DNA of 64,000 nt from Takakia lepidozioides. Lineage: Eukaryota; Plantae; Bryophyta. The stretch lies in assembly GCA_030704615.1 (NCBI GenBank), contig CM060731.1:50096001-50160000 (forward strand), read 5' to 3'. Below, one piece after another: positions 1-11,289 of the stretch. The position numbers and the translations under genes were made by a program. Every line of letters starts with the position of its first letter. Position 1 is the stretch's first letter. The notes beneath the pieces were generated by a model, which was not told where the DNA came from, made no database searches, and worked only from the letters and a program-made list of their open reading frames with translations.

Positions 1-107
1 TTGTAAGTTACCAGATGTGTATCGATCCTGCAAACTCTTGTACATGCAGACTATCACGCTTGTCACTACGTAGACTGCTTATGTGGCTGTCTTTATGTAT
101 GTCGCAG

Positions 108-2040
108 CCAGGGACACCTGGAGGGAGGCCATTCGAAGCTCCCACGCCTGGGGCGAGCTGGGCTACTACACCTGGTGCTAGCTTTAGTGAAGCTGGCACA
201 CCAAACGAACCTACCTCCTCTTATGGTATTGGTCATTGCTGTTTCCTGAAGAGGAGTAGTATTCATTTGCATGTGATCATGTTATCTGGTGTACTGTATG
301 CTTCCTTGTGCTGGTGTAATGCATATATAAATGCTTTTTTAGTGAAATAGATTGTTCGTCTTGTAATGAAGACTTCTTTCCCCACCCCTTTAAAATTTCC
401 TCTCCTGCCCTAGTTATGTGATTCTCAATGTTCTAGTATTCATAGGTTGAATAGTTTTTGATGTTTTTGCTTACATCAGTCAATTGAGAAACCATGGGAC
501 ATTGATATTTGGTCATTTGAAAAAGAAAACATGCACCTCATAGCAGAGAAACGTCCTCTAGCATAGTCATATCATGATGGTTGGTTGTCGTTCAACTCTG
601 TTGACAGACTTTTCCTTAGCTTGTTTACTTTCTTTCTCATCCCACTTCCTAGTATTGAAAGGTTTCTGCATGTGGATCTGACACTCAACTGGTTGGCTTT
701 GCAGCCGCACCTAGTCCCTATCTCCCTGGAACACCTGGTGGTCCTCCTATGACACCTGGGGTTCCCTCGTACCTACCAGGAACCCCTGGTGGCCAGCCCA
801 TGACACCGGGCACTGGGGCACTTGACCCCACTTCTCCTGCAATAGGTATGTGCCCTCTGCCAATCAGTTTGTTTAGTATGTTTAGTCATGTGTGCTGCTA
901 AGTCATTGTCAGTGCAAGAACCAGGGATTTTCATAAAAATAACAAAAAAAATCTAGACTCTTGTCAAAGCAAGCATACCCCGAAGGGCTACTGCCTTCCG
1001 ATGGGAAAGTGGAGACTTTATAACGATGCCAATAACCATAGTGCTTGACTAGCTGATAGTTATTCAATCTGTTCAATAACCCAGTTGCTCCATCACAGGG
1101 TCATGGAGAGGCCTGATTGTGTGTAGACCATGCAGGTATGGGAGGTGGGCATGATGCAGAAGGAAGGTGGGGCATGCCAGATATTGTGGTCACTATTCGC
1201 AAGCCTGGGGAAGTAGATGCCCAGATTGGTGTCATCAAGGAGGCCCTGCCGGTATTTGTTTCTGCCTTGACTGCATAGTGGTGTAGTATTCAAACTTCCA
1301 AACTTAATCCATGAGAGAGCAAGCTCTGAGGCAGAGAAGCCTTAGCCATCTTTCCAGGCTGATTGGCCTAACTTTGTGATATCTTTTTTGCAAAGACTGT
1401 ATGGGCATGTGAGGTGAACGTACCTGCCTAATAAATGAATGGGTGAGTGGTGGGGGGGGGAGGGGGGTGGGTGGTGGCGTGGAGGGGGGGTGGCCAGGGC
1501 TGAGGCGCGGCGTGGGGAGGGGGGGGGGGGGGGGGGGGGTACCAGCTAGTTTGATTGGTGGCATGTGCTAAATCATGCTTTAAACCCTCTAGAACAATGG
1601 GCCTCAGTTATTGTCTTTTTTTAAGTGGAGTTGCCGTGCAATAGGCTGGTTTGTACCTGTCAGTTAGAGTGTCCTGTTGTAATCTGTTCTGTTGTATAGT
1701 GTTCTGTTGTTCAAGTATTTGCAGGTAAGCATTGTTGTTACATTTCCAGAAGTGCGGCTCTTTTTACTATGGACTGCTTGCTGCTCTTATTCTGCAGGAT
1801 GGCACATGCCGTGTGGCCATGGGTCCATCTGGTGATGGAGACGTAGTTACAGTGGGTCAAATGGAGATGGAGCTGGTGCTTCCCAAAAAGACAGATAAGA
1901 TCAAGATTGTGTCAGGTGATTATCGGGGCTGTACTGGAAAGCTGATGGGGATTGATGGAGCAGATGGAATCGTTAAGTTGGACGACACCTTGGACATTAA
2001 GATTCTGGACATGAGCAGTCTCAGCAAAATGGCCACCTAG
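108..2040 (+). CDS. SPT5: Transcription elongation factor SPT5, last four coding exons (108-225, 705-845, 1136-1251, 1798-2040); 5' part lies outside the window
   Basis: GT-AG junctions join in frame: PGTPGGRPFEAPTPGASW... / APSPYLPGTPGGPPMTPG (CTR-like repeats) / WGMPDIVVTIRK / DGTCRVAMG...KIKIVSGDYRGCTGKLMGIDGADGIVKLDDTLDIKILDM (C-terminal KOW motifs), TAG at 2038-2040. Confidence 0.93.
960..1030 (-). mobile_element. Truncated SINE body in an SPT5 intron, related to the SINE at 27772-27947
   Basis: accccgaagggctactgccttccgatgggaaagtggagacttt resembles acccccaagggttactgccttccactaggaaggtggacaccttt at about 27831-27874. Confidence 0.5.
1441..1540 (+). repeat. Intronic G-rich low-complexity tract, G-quadruplex potential
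   Basis: Many G runs including a run of about 20 G at 1519-1539, inside SPT5 intron 1252-1797. Confidence 0.7.
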
Positions 2041-4417
2041 GCCTAGGATAGAAACACGGAATGGAAGCTTGCAAGGAAGGAGCAGGCTCATGAAAGATAC
2101 TACCTTAAAGGCAGCAGCAAGTTGTCATGCAACCCGAGAATTGATAAGAGCTTGTCAGTAAGATGAGATGGAGGAATACATTTCTCCTTCTGAAGTTACA
2201 AGCCAGACAGTTGCTGGTGCCTTTATTATGAGCTGATTGGCTGAAGATGGGCCAATCGGTGTCACCACTAACTGTAGATATGTGTTCTTCTGTACTCAAG
2301 TTTGGAGTCTGTAGGATTTCAGCGCCCGCAATTTGGGGTGGATTATTCAAGAACTCTTTGTGTCAACAGCTACTTTAACCCGGGAATAACTGTCATATGT
2401 AGAGCCATCTGATATTACTCCTGTGAATTGTAGCCAATGCCCATTCTCTGTCGGAGCCCAGTGGTTATGAGGCTGATGTGCATGTAGAAGAAAGTTACAT
2501 ATATACATATGCACATGCCACTGTTCAGGAGAGCCTGATTCTAGTTGCACTAGACAGTCCATTCACCATACAATGTACTACTGAAGCCTGCCTATCAGTC
2601 TTCAAAACCATTTGCTATATACAGTGAAGTGCCAAGTGCCAAGTCTTGGAGAGTAGAGACCATCCAGCAATAGATGTGCATTGTGTTATAAGGCATCTAC
2701 AGCATCAAGGGTTTAGATCATTGATCGTCAAAAGGTGCAGGTACGAGAGGGTGCTACTGAATCCACAAAGAGTAGAGGGTGCTACTGATTCATCGTTCAG
2801 TCTCCATGCCTTTGACTCTTCAGGGCCTGTAGCTTGCTCTAACTCCATGCGAGAAGAGGTACACTGCACGAGTGCAGTCCCTCAAATGGTAAGGTGGTGG
2901 TCTTGTGCTCAGGTGACCCAGTGTTTTTTTTTTTCATATTTCCAAAATCGCTGGCGGAGACACTTGTGAATTTCAACGAGTGCCCATGTGGCGAGAATAT
3001 CGAGGTGACAAAGTTAGAAAAGTGGCTATATTCCAGGTGTCACGTAATCATTGGTCCACGTAGGCAATATTAGGCTCCTAAAGGTTATCTCCTGTTGCTT
3101 TTTGGCGAAAATCTCGGATTTTACCCCCCCATAATTCCTTTGTACAAGTAGCTGACCGAGTTTCCAGGTCGAAATCTGGCGATTTTTCGCCAGAGAAAAA
3201 CCTTAGTAAGGTCACACCTGTGGGAAGCGCTCCTGAGCACGCAGCTTGCAGTGCGGCCCTACAGTGTTGATGTGGAATCTCCCGTTCTCCTCCTTGAGCG
3301 AATCTTCTCCTACTTGAATCTTGCAGCTAGATGTCGTGATTCCATCGCTAGTTGTATCCAGACGTAGCAGCTTGCTGAAGAGCAAAAACTTAAGTTACAA
3401 GCTCGTTGGCAGGAGCTGCGTGGGCTCACCGAATGGAAGGGTTGTCAGAATTTTCTGTCCTCGCGCGGTGAGTGTGCCTTGAACAATTTCCATTTCCAAG
3501 TGCTGCAATGTGCAGGGTCCGGCGCTCCAGACTTTTTGGCTGGGCCACAACTCTTTCTTTTGTTTGGTCATTGATACTGTACTCCTCAATTCCTGCTACA
3601 TCAAGTTCGCGGATGTCCACGCTACGAACTGCGTTTCTGTTTGAGGCTTTTCGTATTTGCAGGCGACGATGACTGAGGTGGGCGTTGCTGGGGACTGTAA
3701 ACTTCATATCACAAAGATTGTCCTTCATGACAATCAACGCAGAAGTAGTTTCTGCATATTCTGAAGAGTTTATGACAAGTATTACATGGCTTCGATCCGT
3801 ATGAAGAGGATAAGAATGTTTGTATCCAGTCAGGAAATATACTAGTCCCCCCACCATTTCTCCTGATTTTCGCCCTCGAGCCTACACAGATTGTACAAGC
3901 AGGGAAACCGCAGGGCAACAATGTGATGCAAGCTTGCAACAGGTGAGCAGGCACGGTCGAACTCAAACTCAAAGAGAAATATGATTTGGACAAGCTAGCC
4001 AGCCAACGCCTGAGCACTGGATTGAGAGAGAGACAAAGAGCTGCAAACCCAACTCAGAGAGCCAGGGTGCTCTACAGCTCGAGCTTGTAAAGCCATCGAT
4101 CCTTTTGGTGTATTTTGGGTTTTGCTTCTGTAGACAAAAGTTGGTCGGGATCAAAAAGGTGGCTGATCTAAATTTGGAGGTCGGGGAACAGAACGTAACT
4201 AAACCAACTTCCTCGTCCATATATAGAACGCCTCGTCCAAGTGGCCCAACTTATCTGTCCACGAAACAGACGTCCATCTGTCAGTGACGGCCCGCTGTTG
4301 GGTTTTGGGGGTTTAGGGTTTGCAGCGCTCTTTATCAAAGCAGCTTCCTTGGCTCTCTCCATCGCCGAGCTGCCCTGGAAGATTGACGAAGTTGGTCTTG
4401 GGGAGTGGTTATACGGA

Positions 4418-6208
4418 ATGGGTAGTGATGGAGAGGAGGATAAGAAGGAGAAGGAGAAGGATCGGCGCAAGAGGCTGGCGGTCTCACCCATTGCCAGACC
4501 GTTGGCTGGTAAAAAGCTCACTAAGAAGACTCTGAAGGTTGTCAAGAAAGGTCCGTTTCTCTGGTCTCTGTTTCCACCTGGATTTTTTGGGGCCCTGGAA
4601 GGTTAAGGTTACAATTATTTTTTCAGCATGCCTTGTGCAGAGGAAAGAAGCAGAAGTGATTCCTTTTGTACAGCATAGCGACGTGCCCAAAACTTGGGGG
4701 AAACTTTTCCTTGATCTTTGTTTGAGGCTTTCTGGTAATACCACCTTCGTTCGGGAGTGCTGTATTAGAGGCAGGGTTTGGGATGATCTCGACGCTCAAG
4801 CAAGGCCAGAGTGGGAATGAGACCTCCTGGAAAGTTACAAGTGCATTGCGCAGAGAAAACCGTTCATTCCTCAACGGGTGGAACATTCAATACGAATTTC
4901 TTACAGAAGAATCCGTCTGTCCATGACTGATGTTTGCCATACTTGTGTCGCATGAGATTGACTTAAACTGGCTAAGGTTGAGGTAAATTCTCAAAGGCGG
5001 GGAGGTAATGTCAGTTCTTCCTTGGAGTCTGTGGTACGAATCTCTAAAGTTGCGCGTTGTTGGATGCAGCTGCCCAGTCAAAACAGCTCAAGCGCGGGGT
5101 GAAGGAAGTTGTCAAGGCTATCAGAAAGGGGAATAAAGGGTACTGGCATTTCTCCATTTCATTGTTTTGTCTCTGCAAGTGTGAGGGTACAAGGAAGGTA
5201 AGCATGACAGTCTGCAGATGTTCACAATACATTGTCTAAATATCTGGGTATCCATACATTGACGGTACCCATGGCCGTTCGTCCAATAAGTACATTACAC
5301 AACCTGGACACCCTGGATGAAGGCAGATGTGAGGACAGCTATACCCTTCCTGTGCTGTTTCTAGCAGTTAGTTTGATGGTATAGTGAAGCTAGTTCTGCA
5401 ACTGTAATTGATAGTATGAAAGGCAGTACAATGAAACAGTGATGCTATGAACCGAAGATGATATACTGCAACTATCAACTTAGGTCAGTTAATTTTTCTG
5501 CCCGCAGTTTCTCATGCTTCCGCACATTCCCAGATTACCATGGCAGAGTGATTTGAGGAGAGCAACGCTCCCGCATCCTAGTCGTAGTCTAGTGTATTTT
5601 CGTTTGGACAGCAGAGATTTCGGGTACTATTGCGCTGCTAGTTTTTACCATGGTAATGACATAATAATGATGCTCCAAAATTGAAAGTGATGGTGGGTTG
5701 TGCAGGCTGGTCATTATAGCTGGTGACATTTCGCCGATTGATGTGATTACTCATGTTCCAATATTATGCGAGGATGCCAGTATTCCTTACATCTATGTAC
5801 CTTCCAAGGAGGCAAGTTTCTTGGAAGATCATTAGCTACTGAATTGCTGTAATGAAGTTTTAAATCCATACATTCCCTTCTCTCAAGCACCATCTTCTTC
5901 ACATATTCCCTCCTGTCTAGAGAATGCCTGATCCGAAGTTTGAGTCCCCTAATTTATTGTTTAGCAATCTACTGGTCTAGTTGCACTTCAGAGTTCAAGG
6001 GTCATGAAGTCTGAATGTGGTCTGTCATGTCATGGTTTTGCAGAATTTGGGAGGGGCAGGTTCCACCAAGAGGCCAACCAGTTGCCTAATGGTACTACCA
6101 GTGCCACCCAAAGGGGGAGTAAGTGAGGAAGATAGCGCTGAATTCAAAGCCAGTTATGATGAAGTCATTAAGGAAGTAAAGATTCTTGCACAGTCCATAT
6201 ATGCTTAA
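4418..6208 (+). CDS. NHP2: H/ACA snoRNP subunit 2 (NHP2, L7Ae family); exons 4418-4550, 5070-5139, 5706-5811, 6044-6208
   Basis: Spliced protein MGSDGEEDKK...SPIARPLAGKKLTKKTLKVVKKA AQSKQLKRGVKEVVKAIRKGNKG LVIIAGDISPIDVITHVPILCEDASIPYIYVPSKE NLGGAGSTKRPTSCLMV...; intron 3 has a GC donor. Confidence 0.93.
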
Positions 6209-6421
6209 GAGACTCCTTGTGTAGTCCTCCTTCTGATCTCACACAGCAAATGTACTCAGTCCGGAGATGTGGCGCAGTTTCTTAGAAGTGAATAATCTGC
6301 AGATGGTAGAGGCACTGTGGTCTTTATGTCAGAAGATTGATTTTCAGCTGTCAAAGCAGGGAGCCAAACAAAAATTTCCTGCCTGCATATTTGAAATGGT
6401 CTGCTTCTACTCGCAAGACTG

Positions 6422-6719
6422 ATGGGGGCTTTAAATGGAGCAATGGGGTGTGTAAACTGGTCTGACCAACCGATGTATATCATACTGTCAAGAGTACCAG
6501 ATAGCAAGGGACGGTTTTTTCCCAATTTTCAATCAACAGTGTTCTGCCCTTGTTGTTCAAAATGGTTGTCATGGGGCTTTAAATGGAGCAATGGGGTGTG
6601 TAAACTGGTCTGACCAACCGATGTATATCATACTGTCAAGAGTACCAGATAGCAAGGGACGGTTTTTTCCCAATTTTCAATCAACAGTGTTCTGCCCTTG
6701 TTGTTCAAAATGGTTGTCA
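6422..6719. repeat. Near-perfect ~149-bp tandem duplication downstream of NHP2
   Basis: atggggctttaaatggagcaatggggtgtg...caaaatggttgtca occurs twice head-to-tail (about 6422-6570 and 6570-6719). Confidence 0.9.
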
Positions 6720-7049
6720 ACCCAGGTTTTGAAGGATGTGGTGCTCTTTCATGTAAAGCTCTGTACTGCAGCAGACATGATTTCAACTAGGGCGACTCCC
6801 ATCCTTGTAACGACAATTCTATTACTTGGACACACTGTCAGTCTTGAAATCTGCAGAGCTTGTCATGGAAAGTGTGCGCACAGTCTTGATGTTTTATTTG
6901 TGTTGAGGCTGAGGCTGAGCCACTCACTTACACAGTTGCCTGAGGGCTCAGTGCATGTAATCCACATCATTGCAACATTTTGGAATTGGGTACAAGGTAG
7001 TGGGAAACTAAACAATAGAAGCAGATGGACTGGGTATATCTCCTCATCC

Positions 7050-8250
7050 TCCTCTATCTCCTGTACAATTACTGCCTCAGCCCATTCTCACACGACACAC
7101 CCCGATAAATTCTCTATCACCAATGAAGCCACCCAACTCCCTGGCCATACCTACTTCCTCCAAGTATGCTCCCATATAGGTATCCGAATTCGCAGACCTC
7201 TTGGCCCAAAAAGGCCCCTCCGAAGACACCCCCATTAGAACTTGTGCATATTGCCCATAACCACCCCTTCTCGCTCACCTCTTATAGCCCTATCCACAAT
7301 GAATCGCACCCAATCTGCGCCCTCCTCTCCTAAAACTCAACAAAGAAACCACCACGCAAGCCAAAATATCACTAGCTTATATTAAAGCACATATCCAAAA
7401 ATAGACACACTTTGACGCCATAGATCACAAACTATCTAATTACTTATGGACCTCTTGAATAACCCGCCACACCCAAATTCGACAGACGCTAAGGTTTCGC
7501 TACGCCCAATACATGGGAAACCAATGCATACATATCTTTTGGCCTCATTTAATATCCACACCTCTTTGTAGCGATAATCCTCCAACACGGGACACATGGC
7601 CTCACCTCCTCAGTCACTACACACACCCCATTATACATGGTATTTGCATCACTCGGCATAACCAAGCAGTCTAGAATATGCATAAACTATTCATGGTCCA
7701 CTCCGAAAACCGCTAGTTCTCCTTTATAAAAACAGGAACATATCAAGGCCGTCCCCCCCCATCATACCACCCCACATTGGTTTCTCCCATGTAGCTATCC
7801 AACTTCACCATGTCATTGTCCGTCACGTCTATGCCCAGATATTTTACTTATCACAGGAATACCCTACCAGACGCAACCCCCCTCACCACTTTTGCGCTAC
7901 ACCGTTCGTTACATAGAATTCACGTACTGCCATGATAGATACCCACAACAAGCCATACAAAATAAACAGGAAAATAATACCCCGCTAATTATTGCCTGCA
8001 AAACCGCGGATGACATGTTGCCCGCCCCCAGCTCATGGTCGTCAAGGCTAGAGTCAGAGGCGGCATCCACACACATAGCCCACCCCTTAGAGAGGCCATT
8101 AGCCGAAACGCCAGCTCGGTCAGCATCCTTTCTCTCTCTCTAATTATGGAGAAATCTATCATTACACATTCACCATTCACCATTAAATATATCCCTAGAA
8201 CACTCCAAAATATTTACCATTTTGATCCCCAATTATTATTTATCACACTA
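7050..8250 (+). mobile_element. Decayed 3' part of a REL-endonuclease non-LTR retrotransposon (Dualen/RandI-like)
   Basis: Frameshifted translation FRYAQYMGN...DTWPHLLSH...ITRHNQAV (zinc knuckle remnant plus RHN), PDILLITG, YIEFTYCHDRYP, VRGGIHTHS, in the order of a restriction-like endonuclease domain. Confidence 0.6.
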
Positions 8251-8480
8251 TGTTAACGAATATAGTGAAATATGTAGTGAAATTTTTCGTTATGATGTTT
8301 CTACTATATAGTTGACAATGTTACTATGTTGGGCCAACTTCTCCGTAGTGATAAGTGACTGGGGGAAATGACTTGACCTTTATCACTATCTTTTACTGAA
8401 AGTGGTGATAGAAAAATTGTCATTGATAACTAGAAAATCAATGAACTAGACAGTGATAAGAACCAGATCTTATTGTAGGG
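8250..8480. mobile_element. Orphan CACTA-like terminus with subterminal gtgata/tatcac repeats, abutting the LRR array
   Basis: Reverse complement of the end reads CCCTACAATAAGATCTGG, similar to CACTACAATACAAGCTGG at 52651; LRR sequence begins abruptly at 8481. Confidence 0.5.
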
Positions 8481-10371
8481 TCAAGGTAAAAGAATCTTAA
8501 TACTTCAAGATTACCAATGGAGTCTGACACGCCAACTTTGAATGTTGTATAATTCTTCAACCACAGTTCTTGGAGATGAATCAGAAGAGGAGTCCAATTT
8601 TTCGAGCTTCTTCAACAGCCCCAAACAGTTAGGCACGGCTTATATGTTGGAACAACCCTCAAAGATGAAGACTTTTCATTTTGCAAGCTTACCAATGGAA
8701 TTTGGCAGGCCTTTGAGTGTTGTACATTTCTTGAGCCACAGATTTTGGAGATGAATCAATTCTCCGACGATGGAATCAGGCAAGCTCTCCAAGATGGTAT
8801 AACATTCCAGGTGCAACATTTCGAGCTCCTTCAACAGCCCCAAGCAGTTAGGCAAGGCTTGTATGCTGGAGCAACCGTCAAGGACGATGACTCTTAACTT
8901 TGCAAGATTATCAATGGAGTCAAGCAGACCTTTGAGTGATGTCCAATTCTTGAGCCACAATTGTTGGAAATGAAGCAATTCTCCGATGGAATCAGGCAAG
9001 CTCTCCAAGCTGGTGCAAGAAGAGAGATCCAAGCCTTCGAGCTCCTTCCACAGCTGCAAGCAATCAGGCACGGCTTGTATGTTAGAGCAACCCCGAAGTT
9101 AAAAGAATCTCAACACTTCAAGATTACGAATGGAGTCTGGCAGGCCTTTGAATGCTCTAAAATTCTTGAGCCACAGTTTTTGGAGATGAATCAATGCTCA
9201 GATGGGATCATGCAACCTCTCCAAGCTGGTACAAGAAGAGAGGGACAAATCTTTGAGCTTGTTCAACAGCCCCAAGTAGTGAGGTAAGGCTTGTATGTTG
9301 GAACAACCCTCAAGGACAAGGACTTTTAACTTTGCAATATTACCAATGCTGTTTAGCAGGCCTTTGAGTGATGTACAATTATTGAGCCACAATTTTTGGA
9401 GATGAATCAATGCTCCGATGGAATCAAGCAAGCTCTCCAAGCTGGTACAAGAGTCTAGGTCCAACTCTTTGAGCTTTTTCAACAATCCCAAGCAGTCAAG
9501 CAATGTTAAAATGTTGGGGCAACCCTCAAGAGAAAAAATTCTTAACATCTCAAGATTACCAATGGAGTTTGGCAAGCCTTTGACTGTTGTACAATTCTCG
9601 AGCCACAGTCTTTGGAGATGAATCAATGCTCCGATGGAATCAGGCAAGCTCTCCAAGCTAGTAGAAGAGTCTAGGTCCAACTCTTCAAGTTCTTTCACCA
9701 ATCCCAAGCAGTCAGGCAATACTTGTATGTTGGAGCAACCCTTAAGCGAAAAAAATCTTAACACTGCAAGATTACCAATCTAGTAGGCCTTTGAGTGCGG
9801 TACAATTCTTGAGCCACAGTCTTCGGAGATGAATCAATGCTCCAACGGAATCAGGCAAGCTCTTTAAGCTGGTACAAGAATCTAGGTCCAACACTTCGAG
9901 CTCTTTCAACAGTCCCAAGGAGTGAGGCAATGCTTGTATGTTGGAGCAACCCTCAAGGTAAAAAAATCTTAACACTTCAAGATTATCAATGGAGTTTGGC
10001 AGGCCTTTGAGTGTTGTACAATTCTGGAGCCACACTTTTTGGAGATGACTGAATGCTCCAATGGAATTCGGCAGACTCTCCGAGGTGGTACAAGAGTCTA
10101 GGTCCAACTCTTCGAGCTCTTTCAACAGTCCTAAGCAGTGAGGCAATGCTTGTATTTTGAAGCAACCCTCAAGGGAAAAGAATCTTAACACTTCAAGATT
10201 ACCAATGGAGTCCGGCAGGGCTTTGGGTGTTGTGCAATTCTTGAGCCATAGGCTTTGGAGATGAATCAATGCTCCGATAGAATCAGGCAAGCTCTCCAAG
10301 CTGGTACAAGAGGAGAGAGACAAATGATCGTGTACCTTCAACAGTCCCAAGCAGTCCGGCAAGGCTTTTAT
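8481..10371 (-). pseudogene. Decayed distal LRR array of the TNL gene (about 26 LRRs)
   Basis: Same 72-aa LRR super-repeat (LDLDSCTSLESLPDSIGALIHL..LWLKNCT.LKGLP.SIGNL) broken by frameshifts and stops. Confidence 0.9.
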
Positions 10372-11289
10372 CACTAGTACAGATTAACGTTTTTATGACT
10401 ATGGATATCACTGCATTTGCAGTGATAAGTGCTTTTATGACTACCTCACTCTGCAGTGACAAACACGAAGTCAGATCTACCATGACTATGGAGTGATAAG
10501 TGCGAAGTCATGGTCGTCACCGAGGATGTGGCATGGGATAGTCATAACAAAAATAACTACACGACTGTAAGTTATAACTAAGGTTACAACTACATCACTA
10601 CAACATTGTGCCTACATAGAGGCCTCTGCGTGACACGTGGGATCTTTGGGATTTTGACAGGTGTATTCACCGCCTGATGGTGCAGTATCGAGTAGTCATA
10701 TCTTTATGACTACACGACTATGGGTATGACTATATCACTATAACACTACTACAAGCTACAGATGGCACGTGGTCTTGTTGGAGTAGGTGTGATTGACACG
10801 TGTTGATCATGTAGATTTTATAATTTATTTAATTTTATTTAATTTTAAATGACTAATTTAGATATTAAATTAAATTAAATTAATACGAAATTTAAGAAAC
10901 CATGTTGAGCTCTCATAAGCACAACAATTGGCAAAGAGGAAAGGCCATCTTATTTTGATTTTGATTTTATTTATTTTATTTATTTTTTAAAAACCATCTA
11001 TACCAAGACATAACCCCTCTGCAGGGGAAAAAAACATGCATTAATCTTCCAATGACCAAAGAATCGACCCCCAATCCTACTAGCAGATGCAAAGAGTGGC
11101 AAAGACATGATACAACATGCCATCCATAGAAACACCACAACACAACCTCAGAGGACATTGCCCTTCGAACGATATTGGATGTTAATACATCAGACACTAA
11201 CATGGTATTCAAACCAGTCTGCCTATATATACTCCCAAAATATATTTCATTCTTCAAGCACGATGTTGCTAAGCACTACTGCAACAAGA

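Noticed and set aside
1304-1564. Pro-rich 86-aa ORF
   Set aside because: Translation of the intronic poly-G tract on the opposite strand.
2920-3210. Possible hAT-like MITE (cagtgttttt...gaaaaacctt)
   Set aside because: Ends match poorly and no TSD was found.
6591-7238. 215-aa ORF
   Set aside because: Runs across a tandem duplication into retroelement debris; no recognisable domain.
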